From: Penicillus capitatus
Lineage: Eukaryota; Plantae; Chlorophyta
Direction of reading: 5' to 3'
DNA: 64,000 bases
NCBI GenBank assembly: GCA_965649825.1
Contig: OZ287700.1
Location: 310,001-374,000 of the forward strand
The stretch's first letter is position 1. Each line of letters starts with the position of its first letter. This document shows, one piece after another, positions 33,456 to 44,792 of this stretch. Under the pieces are notes generated by a model that was not told where the DNA came from, did not search any database, and was given only the letters and a program-made list of their open reading frames with translations. Made by a program: the position numbers and the translations under genes.

Positions 33456-33536
33456 GCGACATTATTTAGGAACACGACTGATGCGACATTATTTAGGAAC
33501 ACGACTGATGCGACATTATTTAGGAACACGACTGAT
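33456..33536. repeat. Perfect 27-bp tandem repeat x3
   Basis: GCGACATTATTTAGGAACACGACTGAT at 33456, 33483 and 33510, with no spacers. Confidence 0.97.
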
Positions 33537-33739
33537 CAAGAAACCAAGCTAGACAAACAGCCGCGCATCGAAAAAAGCTCGCAACCCAAAACACTGATGA
33601 CGAGCACGCAATAGACACTGATGCGTTGTAGTGTGATGTCCAACAGAAAAGGTAAACCCTCCATTCGACGAGTAAATGCAGACTTAGCGACACGTAGAGC
33701 TAAGGATATCTTCATTTGGCTGGTAAGCTCCATCGTTTA

Positions 33740-34760
33740 AGACGGCCGACGATGCGGCTCCTTCATCGATTAAAGGCGGCCAGGGTAAGCTTTGTTTCCT
33801 CGCATTCCGGATCCACCTTCCATTGGCGCGATTTCGCCAGTTTGATAGGCAGCACATTAACGGAGCTGTCAGTATCAAGCACGACCTCCTCCTGAGCGTC
33901 CCCAAGGCGAGCACGCACGTGAAGCAAATGATGACTACTGGACCCTGGCCCATCGACCTGGTGATGCTAGCCTCCAATAGAGGTCTCAGTTTCGTGCCTT
34001 CCTCGGCTAACAACGCCCCAGTGGCCTCAGTTAGCTGAATTTGCTCTCAGACGTCGATGACAGTCCTTTGCAAGGTGGTCTTCCCGGTGGCAATACAGAC
34101 ATCGCTTCGGTTGCGGACAGGTCCATAAGGTGTGTCCATGCTGCCCGCAATTCGGACAAGGTTTCTGGGTCGCCTTCCCGGGGGCCTTACCGGGGGACTG
34201 CACTCGATATACCGCCATCTGAGCCTGTGTCTGTTGTCGTGCTTGTCGCTGAAACGCGCTAACGACGAAGGCGTATTGGTTACAAAGACTGTTGTAACAA
34301 TCAATGTTCAGATTTTATACGCATCAAATGTCACATCAACGCGTCTCCGTGGCAGCTGCACGAAGGTGGACAGCTGTTCACTGACACTGTGCAATCACCA
34401 ACCGATCCAAAGCGCTTTCAAGTTGGTTAATCTCGCATTACTCTTCTGACGAGTGACATCATTCATTCGCATCGGGTATGCATTCTTGACCCGCTAGACA
34501 AGCCAGAGCAACACCCACATTGCACTGCCCACCAGCAGTCCCCATAACGCGAATCCTGAAGCTTCGAGCTCTACTTCATGCAAACGATAAAGGAGCTCGT
34601 GAAATTCCTCACTCAGCCCCGCCGTCCACCACGTCGGCGTACTCAAGAAAATCCAACAACGCAGAAGGACGAATAGAACAATTTGTCCCAAACGGTACCC
34701 AACGGCTGAGAGACATCCCCAGCACAAGCACGCCGGCTCAATAAGATCCATATTCTCCAA
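33740..34760 (-). mobile_element. Degenerate LTR-retrotransposon gag-protease relic (Ty3/gypsy-like order)
   Basis: Two CX2CX4HX4C knuckles (CPNCGQHGHTLWTC, CLYCHREDHLAKDC). In the same frame, past TGA and TAG stops, is a retropepsin-like VVLDTDSSVNVLP (LDTG motif, Gly to Asp). No RT or integrase motifs were found. Confidence 0.75.
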
Positions 34761-36090
34761 AAGAGGCAGAGGGGTGCGTGTTACAACGCGTCAGAGCCAG
34801 GCAAGCCACATGGATTCGCTAACATGTTCACCCTCCCTAGCTCCGGAGTCGGTTTCGCATTCGAAGCCGCCAAACCCTCGGGAGAAGGATACGTGTGACG
34901 CCGCGTCGAGATGGCAGCGAGGCCAGACGGCCACAAAAGTAAAAGTAGCACCACGGTCATTCGGAATAGGCCACCAACCGTCCACGGTGACCGCACCATG
35001 TTGTAACGCCATTGAGAATATGCGCCGTCAAACGCTACAGCAGAATGATTACAAAAAAAGTCGGTAATAATGACGATGTCCTGACAAGGGACAGCTGTTC
35101 GCTTCGCCGTCGTACTCTTTGGACAGCTGTCCCCTTCCGGGTCCCATCAACATCTGGATACTTAAACACGTCCTTGTAGTAATTCTCCCTCGTCTGTAAT
35201 CGATTCGTGTTCGTAGCAGTCTACCTCGGCGTGTCCAAATCTAAATTTTCCATCTTAACACCGTCTTCCTCGGCGGTGTTTTCGATTTCTTCAGCAGTGA
35301 CGCGAACCCTTATCCTGGCTTGACTATAGTTAGAGACTCGGTCACGAAGATAAAGGGTGAGGAATGGACAAGCTTGTCTCCCGATTTGCTCATTTCACAG
35401 GCGCAGCGAATGTCCTCAGGTAAGATGAAGACAACCGAGAGAGAATAACGAACACCAGATCGAAGATACAGTCAATGGACGGCTTGTTACAACAACTATA
35501 GACAACAAATGCTTCTGATAACAGAGTGTATTAAGCAGGCAAACACAGCTGTAAACGCCAAAGGGAATCGGAAGATGTTTTATGTGTCCAGCCATCGCTT
35601 GTGTTCTATTAGTAATAGGACCGGAAGGACAAAGTAGAACAAACTCAAAAAATCTCCGAGTGAGTTAGTTCCCTGGAAAGCTCACAACGAGACCAGGAGA
35701 TTCAATACAAAATTATAGAAGCTCTCGAGGAACTTCAACACGAAACTCAGAGAGTTCATAATCCTTGTCACCCTAACTTCCCTGCAGCTGTCGCAACCAA
35801 AGGCGCAAAAGTGATGAGCGACGAATAAATGCTCGCTAATTACAACGATACCCCAACATCGTTCCGTCAGAATTGTGCTGTTCTTTCACAGTATCCAACA
35901 AGAGAGTAATAAGTGAATGCAAATGGGAGTCTGTTCACTTCAAGACAGCCTTTTCACATTAAAAATAACGCCTAACATGAATTGCCTTTGTCCAAGACAT
36001 ACATTGCGTTCACACTGAGGAATTTCGAGAATGTTTCTGATGCGACTTTAAATGAAACATACGATGAAATACAAGACAACATGCAAGACT

Positions 36091-37430
36091 TTAATTTTCA
36101 CTAAGACGTTCGAGCATTTCGTTCGATCTTTGCAAGTAAGGCGATGCTTCGTTGATTCTTCCTGCTTTTCCTAGCGCATCAGCATAGTTGTTGATGCAAC
36201 GGTAGAGCGACGGGTGGTCCACATTGCCGTAAAGGCGCTCGCACATATCAAGAGCCCGCTTGTGGAGCGGCAGTGCTTCGTTGATTCTTCCCGCAGCTTG
36301 TAGCCCAAAGGCATAATTGTTGATGCGAATAACGAGGTCTGGATGGTCCGCGTCGCCGTGGATGCGCTCGCTCATATCAAGAGCCCGCTTGTAGAGCGGC
36401 AGTGCTTCGTTGATTCTTCCCGCAGCTTGTAGCCCAAAGGCATAATTGTTGATGCAACGTTCGATGTCCGGATGATCCGCGTTGCCGTGAAGGCGCTCGC
36501 ACATATCAAGAGCCCGCTTGTGGAAAGGCAGTGCTTCGCTGATTCTTCCCATGTCGTTTAACATTCCAGCATAGTTCCCAATGCGAATGACGATGGACGG
36601 GTGGTCTGCGTCGCCGCGAAGGCGCTCGCACATATCAAAAGCCCGCTTGTAGAGCGGCAGTGCTTCGTTGATTCTTCCCGCGTCGTGTAGCACAAGAGCA
36701 TAGTTGTTGATGCAACGTTCGATGTCCGGATGATCCGTGTCGCCATGGAGGCGCTCGCACATATCCAGAGCCCGCTTGTAGAGCGGCAGTGCTTCGTTGA
36801 TTCTTCCCGCCTCTTTTAGCCCAAAGGCAAAGCTCCCGATGCGAGTGACGAGGGACGGATGGTCCGCGTCACCGTGAAGGCGCTCGCACATATCCAGAGC
36901 CCGCTTGTAGAGGGGCAATACTTCTTTGATTCTTCCCGCAACGTGTAGCCCAAGGGCATAGTTATTGATGCAACGTTCGCTGTCGGGATGGTCCGCGTCG
37001 CCGTGGAGACGCTCGCACATATCAAGAGCCCGCTTGTAGAGCGGCAGTGCTTCGTTGATTCTTCCCGCGTCTTGTAACACAAGAGCATAGTTGTTGATGC
37101 AACGTTCGATGTCCGGATGATCCGCGTCGCCGTGGAGGCGCTCGCACATATCCAGAGCCCGCTTGTAGAGCGGCAGTGCTTCGTTGATTCTTCCCGCCTC
37201 TTTTAGCCCAAAGGCATAGTTGTTGATGCAACGTTCGATGTCCGGATGATCCGCGTCGCCGTGGAGGCGCTCGCACATATCCAGAGCCCGCTTGTAGAGC
37301 GGCAGTGCTTCGTTGATTTTTCCCGTGTCTTGTAGCACAAGCGCATAGTTGTTTATGCTATTGGCGAGGGACGGATGGTCCGCGTCGCCATGAAGGCGTT
37401 CGCACAGCTCGAGGGCTCTTTGAGCGTAGG
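36091..37430 (-). repeat. Coding tandem array of 129-bp (43-aa) TPR repeats, 10 variable cassettes
   Basis: Consensus GRINEALPLYKRALDMCERLHGDADHP(D/S)xxxxINNYAxxLxxA. Confidence 0.95.
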
Positions 37431-40400
37431 AGACCGCCTCTCGAAACATGCATATCTCTTTGTAGGCCTCTGACATATATTTGAGTAACTCCAGTTCCAC
37501 GCTGTTGTCCTTGCACTTTTCGCAGTTTTCTAGGAGCGATAACCCGTTTCGTGCGAGCAAGGTCCATAGCTCTCTGTTCGAACGATCCGTTCTGAACTCG
37601 TTAGTATATTGGCCAATTGAATGCACTATGGTGTTGATGTGATCTCCAATTGCATTCTTGTTTTGTTCTTCGGATTGTTGAGTCTGGCTGGAACTGCTTT
37701 CATCGATGTCTATGAGGAGGTGCTTGGCTAAAAGTTGTGTATCTGCGTGCATGTAGATCTGGTTCGTTTCCTTGTCCCACGAGACATGAGCCAAGCGTTC
37801 AAGAAGCCTCATGGAATTCTCCGTTTTTGTCTTGGAAGATTCATCTTCGAGTTCGTGCCACTTGTACACCCAATTGGCGGGTACTCCATTTGGATCGAGA
37901 AGAGCCAGCTTGGCGAGAACATCGAGCGAGCGCGGGCCTAGGTTGTTTGGTTCTTCCGAGATCCTTTGCACGCTCGAGTTGAATACGAACACCATTCCAG
38001 TTGCGTCTTCGCCGCTTCGCCTCTCGGAAAGCTTTGCTATCGCTTCTTCTTCCCGCCTTGTGGCTTTATACTGTAGCATACGTTGCGCCCATTCACCGGG
38101 TCTCCACAGATCTTCGTCCCTCATCACGGAGAAGAACTGCACGAGGGCGAGTGGAGTTCGAGGCAGCAATTCTATCAAGTCGTCCAAATCCCCCGACTGT
38201 AGTGCTTTGGTACATTCAAATTTCTTCGCTAGAATCAGCGCTTCGACTTCGTCGAATGGCTTGAGTCGAATCGCACTGCTTTCCCACTCACTCTCTCCGC
38301 ACTCTCTCGTCGTGACGATGACATGTGCCCCTGCCGGCGCAACGTACTCGCGAATCAGCTCGAGGTTCGGTGCGTCGTCGAAGACGTACAAACAGTGCGA
38401 TCTTCCGAGCTTTTCTCGAACCCGTTTGACTAACTCCGGTGTGTCGACGTCGACGGGAACTCTGAGATATTCCGCGATTTGCACGAACGCGGCGGTGATG
38501 CTTTCCCTCAAGCTCGAGGGAATCCAGAACTCGTTGTCGTAGCTGTGTTTGCTCCTGAAGTAATCGAACGCCTTTATCGCGAGCTGCGTTTTGCCGATGC
38601 CGCCCGGGCCTACGATAGCTTTCACGACAACTGAGTCGACGTTCGCTGCGAAGGCATCGACGATTTCGCTAAACTCCTCCTTCCTCCCGGCGAAGTAGCG
38701 GACAATGTCAGGCGAGGCCAAAGAGTGTTTCTTCTTCGGCCGCGGGAGAACTCCAGTCGTCGGAGTGGACAGTTCTCCCTCGAGGCTCTTCCAGACTCGA
38801 AGAAACAGCTTGTCGCCGAATGTCTTGTCTTCGCCGGGCGAGGCCGAATCGATATCTTCCTCCTCTTTCTTCTTCCTCCGCCACTCGGACAGTGCTTCTT
38901 CACATGCCGGGTTATGCACGTTTGAAAGCAGTCTTTCCATGGCGTCGTGTGATGCACTCTTTTCGTCTTGAAAACCTCGAGCGCATAACTCTTCAAGGTT
39001 ATCGAGAAGCTCCAAAAACAGATCGGGGTCGCTAGACCAGTCCCACTCGTCAGTGCGCTCGACGAGGCTTGCTAGAGTCTCGGCGCTCGCTCTTCGGACA
39101 TCTCCGTCCTTCGCGTGGATGGAGAGCATGGTCAACATCTCCACCACGCCGAACCTCAGAACCTTGCAGTGTTCGGAGTCGGACGCCCTTCCTTCGAGCA
39201 CGAGATAGGACAGGATCTCGCTGAACACTTCAAACGCAGACGGATCTTCCATGACCGCGAAGTGTGCGGTGTTGAGCGCATGGAGGCACTTACGCCACTG
39301 ATCTTCACAAACGATTTCGCCGCGCCTCGCTTGTCGCATCGCTTGTAGCAGGGCCTGTTGCAGCGCCCTCGCCACGGACTCCGCATTTCCGAGATCGAAG
39401 TCGAGATGCACCGCTTTTCTCAGCGCTCGATGGATGCCCGCCGTGCCGTAGAAGAGCCCGACAAAGTGTTTTGCGTTGCTCACATTGTGGGCGCCTCGCT
39501 TGGAGAACTGAGAAGAGGTCACGCTGTGTCGAACCAGCATCGCTTCGTACTTCATCGGGTAGTACCCCGCGACGTCGATCACCTTCCGGCAATAGTCTAA
39601 GAGCTTAACTTCCAGTAGTCCTTCAGGCTCGTTAGGATCCAAATCGGCCGACCTGACCTCTCGAAGGATCCTCAGGCACTCGTGTGCAGCGTGCAGGGCG
39701 CTGCATTGTGCGGGAAACGTCTTTCTCGAGAAGCTTGCCTTTTCCGGATCGAGCTCATCTAGTAGGAAGTCGGCGAGCCGAACAAGACAGCTAGGATCGT
39801 CTTTGAAGATTTCGGCGTCGACCGTCAGAAGCGTAAGCTCAATCGCTTCCGTGAGATATCTGTTCTCGGGAGCGTCGGTGCACAGTTTGTCGCGGATGCT
39901 GTCGAAGAACTCTTTGAGAAAGGGCAGATGTTCGCCGGTAGCTCTGTCGAGTCTGCACAGGGCAAGGCACTCACGGACCGCCGCCCCTCGATCGTCCGTC
40001 GCTTCTCCGACGTTCATGTCTCCGAAGGCACTGAGGACCCTCCTTATCACTACTGCCAGTGCGAGTCTCTGCTCAGCGCCGTCCGCCTCGTTGAACGCTT
40101 TCACCACTTGTTCCAGGTTCTGGTACGATCCTTCGTGAAGAATCTTCCGGACGAGAGATCTCTCCATTGGAGTCAGAGCTCTTCCAGTCGCCGAACGAGA
40201 GACGCTGCCTTCGGCGGGAGTCTGGTTCCCGAGTGCATCGCTGCTGGATGAGGGTTCCCCGTTTCCGCCACCCCAAAGTCCAAGATCTCCCAAGAAGATG
40301 AACCTCCCCGTGCCGCGAGTTGGATTGGACAGAATATGAATGCGGCGACGTGCAGCACTCCACGGCAGGCGGGCCAGACGGCGAATCGCTTCCTCAGGGT

Positions 40401-41363
40401 CTGAGAAACCCTTGCAAAAAAGCGGAACCGTCGTAATCTTCGAGAACGGTCCCATTCGCTCCAAAATCCTCCCCGCGAACTTCTCCCCTGCTCGAAAGAT
40501 CTGGACAAGACCATTGCCCTCGACCTCAATCTCACAGATTTCCTCGCAATCTCCCTGAGTAAAAAGGTAAAGGTAGAACGAGAACAAGAAGAGAGCATTT
40601 GTGTGCATACCCGAGGAATCTCGGTGCGAGGTAGTTCTACTCGACGGAAAGACTGTCGAGGCGAGTGAATCGAGGACAGGTTCCAAGCTGTCGTACCTCG
40701 CGACCGCGCACGAAATTTTCCTCTGGGAGTCAGTTCACAGTCGAGTCCTTTGAAGAAGACGCCTGGTGTGGCATTCCATCGGCGGCGATAGTGAGACGCG
40801 AGTAAGGGAAACGTCCTCGCGACGCTAACAGAATCCCACATCTGTCGAACGCGGCACTGAAACACGAGTCTTCGGCAGAGAGTTCGTTACCTTTGAAGCT
40901 GTGTAGAAGCTGAATTGGCTCGAACCCGGTGTGCACTCCCTGTGGCGAAGGCCCTGATGGACAGCATGCAACTATGATGGCAGGTTTCGAACAGTCGGCG
41001 ATTACCTGGACCAGACGAGGCGGTTTGCGGCGCTCGTCGTCAATCACCTTTGTCCCCTCGGAGATTTTCATCCGGTAAGGCTTCCAGTCCGCGCCGGCTA
41101 CCGGTCCCGTCGTACGGATTCCAGTCGACACGCCTCTATCAGTAGTCGGCGAACGTACGCACTGGAGACGCGAATCGTTGCAGAGCGTGTGAATATGTCA
41201 GGGGCCTTACCGTTTTCGCAAGTCTGCAGTAGTCTCCTTCTTTGCCTGGCCATTCGGAAGTTTTCCCGGAGGAGAGAGAACCGTCGCACATCTCCCCGAT
41301 GCGCGGCGACGCGCCGTTGCTTTCGGCGACGTTGCGAAGACGACGATATGCACAATTCTTCAT
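36091..41363 (-). CDS. NLR-like STAND NTPase, copy 2 (same architecture, one more TPR), about 1,610 aa
   Basis: Walker A GPGGIGKT, CLYVFDDA, HVIVTTRE, LPRTPLAL, QIYMHAD. ATG at 41363; three phase-0 introns at the same positions as copy 1; large exon 40554-36091. Confidence 0.92.
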
Positions 41364-42894
41364 GGCAAGAGGTTCGGAATTGACTGCGGCGAATATATCG
41401 TGGTGTTTTGGGAAACAACACAGGTAGACAGACAAACTCAGATAGACGGCGGTATGGATATTCTGATGCCAGGATGATTGCGTAATCCGCACAAATGCGC
41501 CTAATGAAGCAAATCGAAGTTGCTGATGCGCAATTAGCTGCGGAACAGTCTTCGACGGAGGTCAGCGATGAATCTGTGGGCCGTGGAGGGGTATTACACA
41601 CCTGACATCGGTTCAGAAGGCCGTCACTGCCGAAACGCGGATCCTTTCCACATTGAGGAAGCTTCGGGAAATTGGGAACTAATTGTCTGAGATGTGTGGG
41701 AGTCCTTGTAATGGTGAAGGATGTGTTGCTCCACCCACCAGCGACTGGCCAGTCTCGAACGCAAACCGACTAACCAAGCATAGACGCTTTGCCGCAGCAC
41801 ATGATGCATATTGTCGCGTCGTGCAGCGATGGGATAACATCTGATCACCAGGATCTCTTCAGAGTGCGCAGGTCGTTGGCTCGAGGCCGCGTCACATATC
41901 CAATGTCTCTCATTCATCCAGCGACAGAATCGACCATAGATCTGGTCTGCGGGCAGACAATGGACACCACATCCGATTCGGAGCAAAAGTCTATCTTCCA
42001 TGAAAGAGATTACACTGCGACAGAGACACAACATGATTAAAGAACTGATGATCGCATAAGACAGCGAATCATCACCTGCAATGTCTGTCTGTCGGTCTCC
42101 ACTGTCATTCACTAAACTGGATGTCCAACACCGTGAAGGTAAGATGTGACATGTTGAAGGTGCTAGGTATTCTGCGCACCGACGCGTTGTACCCTGATGA
42201 GCGGGCAATGAAGAGAATCGGCATTGTTCCGAAACTGCTTTTCCAGCAGAAGCAACTAACGTCACACTTTCTTCCTTGCCATGGAGGCTGAATCGTCTAA
42301 TTGCCTACACGTGACAGTGGTGTCTTCGCCATGCATCTCAACACCGCAGTCCAGAAGACCTGCTAAGCACACCAATGCTCTGTGCTTGTCACAGCAGTAA
42401 AACACTTTCTCTTACTTAGACTTTTGAAAGAAAAGAGCGAAATAGCTATCTAGATGTGGTGTGGGTATTGACGCATCGTATACATCGCTTTGGCGATTTT
42501 CCTGTCCGAATTCTGACAAGCATCACCTTTAGATCCACTAAGGCTAATCGAATCCTCCTCCGTCTGTGACAAATCACGTATCGTTTTCGGATTGACGAAC
42601 GGAAAAATCTGAAAAGGTGACGTAGAGCTTCGAGGTCGTCCGATAGATGCAGCCACCGCGTACTTCAGCATTCTTGCGTTTCGCAGTTTTCTTGACAAAC
42701 TCTCATCGACTCTTCGGAACTCGAGACGCTTCCCTTCACAATCTCACATAGACGAGCAGCAAAAGGATGCACTCCTTTATGAACAGACGCTTCATGCATT
42801 GATAGCACAGAAGGACGAACTTAATCTCTGGCACTTTGCTTTCATTGTCTTCCATTTGACGACGATTCGTGTCATTCACAAACTCCGAGTGCCT

Positions 42895-44694
42895 ATGTCT
42901 TCGTCGCGTCGATATGAACGCGAGCGTCATGAGTATCACGAGCGGCGCCGCCATTCAGAGCGCTACAGAGAATCGAGACAGTAAGCCTAGGCCCAAACCA
43001 CTCTCTGGTACTCGTTTCCCGGTCCCCGAGAGCGCTAATGTCGCCTCCGCCCATCTGATAATCTGTATCTTCTAGCGAACGATACGAAGACGACACGAGG
43101 GGCGATGCGCGAAGGAGAGAACGTTTCCAGAGAAGACACTCTCGAGAACGCCATCGCAGTCGCAGTCGCTCTCCTCGGCGTCCCATCGAGGAGAGAAGGC
43201 ATTCCAATCCCGCGACCAGAAAAATGCAGGACCCTGCTTTTCGGTCTATGGTCATGGAGGCATTGAAAGAGCGAAACCTGCTAACGCAGCTCGGCCACTC
43301 CACAGCAGAGGATGACGTCATGGAGCCCGGTCAGCATCGGAGCCCGAATTCAAAGGCGTCCACTGAGGAAATCGCCACGGCGAAGACGGAAGAGACCGAT
43401 GCAGACAACGACTCCATGGCCGGTAGCAGAATTCGCTGTCTGGCAGCAGAGGGCAGCCGCAGCTGTTCTCTTAGATGTACCGGTGGAAGAGACGCGTGAC
43501 TTGGAAGAGCGCGTGGTCGCTGCAGACGCGCCGTTGCGCAGTCCTTCGCCAGAAGAGCCCTCCACTGTACAAGACATCCACCCGCCAGGGTGCTGCACCA
43601 TCTACTGCTTGGCCTCCCTCTGATCTCACGACAACGCGTGCGCAGATTGCACGAAGCCCGGATGATCGATCATTACGAGTTCATGTCCAACATCTCCCAG
43701 GGAACCTATGGCATCGTCTACATGTAGCCCGTCATCCCTACCCGTTCGGATGCACCGAGCATCGACGGTGTGTTCTCTCAGGGGCAAGTGTTTGAAGACG
43801 GATACCTACAAGGCCTTCAAACGCGTCAAGAAGCAGAAGAAGGATGGACGTCCCGAAGCGTTCCCCCTCACCTCTCTCCGCGAGATCAACATCCTCACGA
43901 GCCTGCGCCATCCCAACATCGTAGGACTGCAGGAGGTGTGCCTGAGCAGAGGCAGAGGGATTCTCAAAGTGATGGACTACGCCGAATACGATCTCAAACG
44001 CGTGCTGGAGATGAAGAAGGACTCGTTCTCTGCGTCTGAGTGCAAGTGCATCGTCAAGCAGATCCTCCAAGCCCTGCACTTCCTGCACGACCATTGGATC
44101 ATGCATCGGGATCTGAAGCCGTCGAACATTCTGTACGATGGCAGGGGTAACATCAAACTGTGCGACTTCGGACTGGCTCGGCATTTCGGTGAACCGCTGG
44201 GGCGCTACACACCACTTGTGGTCACGCTTTTCTACAGAGCACCAGAACTGCTGCTGGGAGCCGAGACCTATTCCCCTGCCATCGACATGTGGTCACTCGG
44301 CTGCATCTTCGCCGAAGTGCTGTTGGGACATCCGCTCTTCCGGGAGACAACCGAGATCGCCATGCTGTCAAAGATTCTGAGCACCGTCGGCGAACCGACG
44401 GCCGAGTCGTGGCCGGAATTCGAATCCCTGCCCAACGCCAAGAGCATTCAGTTGACGGGCGAGACCGAGAACACACTGCCACGGATGTTCTCCTCTGGCT
44501 ACGCCGTATCCGGTCCTGAACTGCTGACCCGACAGGGGGTCCAGTTTCTCTGTGGACTCCTTGCACTCAACCCAGCAAAGCGACTGACAGCGGCGGAGGC
44601 ATTGGATCATGAGTATTTTCGAGAGTTTCCTCCTCCCTGTCACCGACGTCTCTTGCCGACATTCGTCGATCCCCAGCGGAACAAATTTCATTAA
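42895..44694 (+). CDS. CDKG: Cyclin-dependent kinase G / CDK11 (PITSLRE) family
   Basis: RS/RE-rich N-terminus; ISQGTYGIVY; FPLTSLREINIL; HRDLKPSNIL; DFGLAR; VVTLFYRAPELLLG; DMWSLGCIF. Confidence 0.92.
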
Positions 44695-44792
44695 GACGTC
44701 TGTCACATCAACGTCGACGACGCTGCCGCGAATTCTCGAAGTTCTGACGTCGCCATCCGTTTCTCCGCGCTGATTCTCGCCGACGAGGACTC

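Larger units (their letters stand above)
36050..41830 (-). repeat. Segmental duplication unit 2 (direct repeat of about 16000..21650)
   Basis: Same shared sequence as unit 1. The offset is 20170 bp upstream of the TPR array and 20041 bp at the stop codon. Confidence 0.85.

Noticed and set aside
33456-33536. CRISPR-like array (27-bp repeats)
   Set aside because: The repeats are contiguous with no spacers, there are no cas genes, and the context is eukaryotic.
35505-36050. PBS-like TGTTATCAGAAGC (minus strand, about 35510-35522) and a possible 5' LTR
   Set aside because: The match to an iMet-type PBS is imperfect and no second LTR copy is visible at 32.8-33.7 kb, so it is not supportable.
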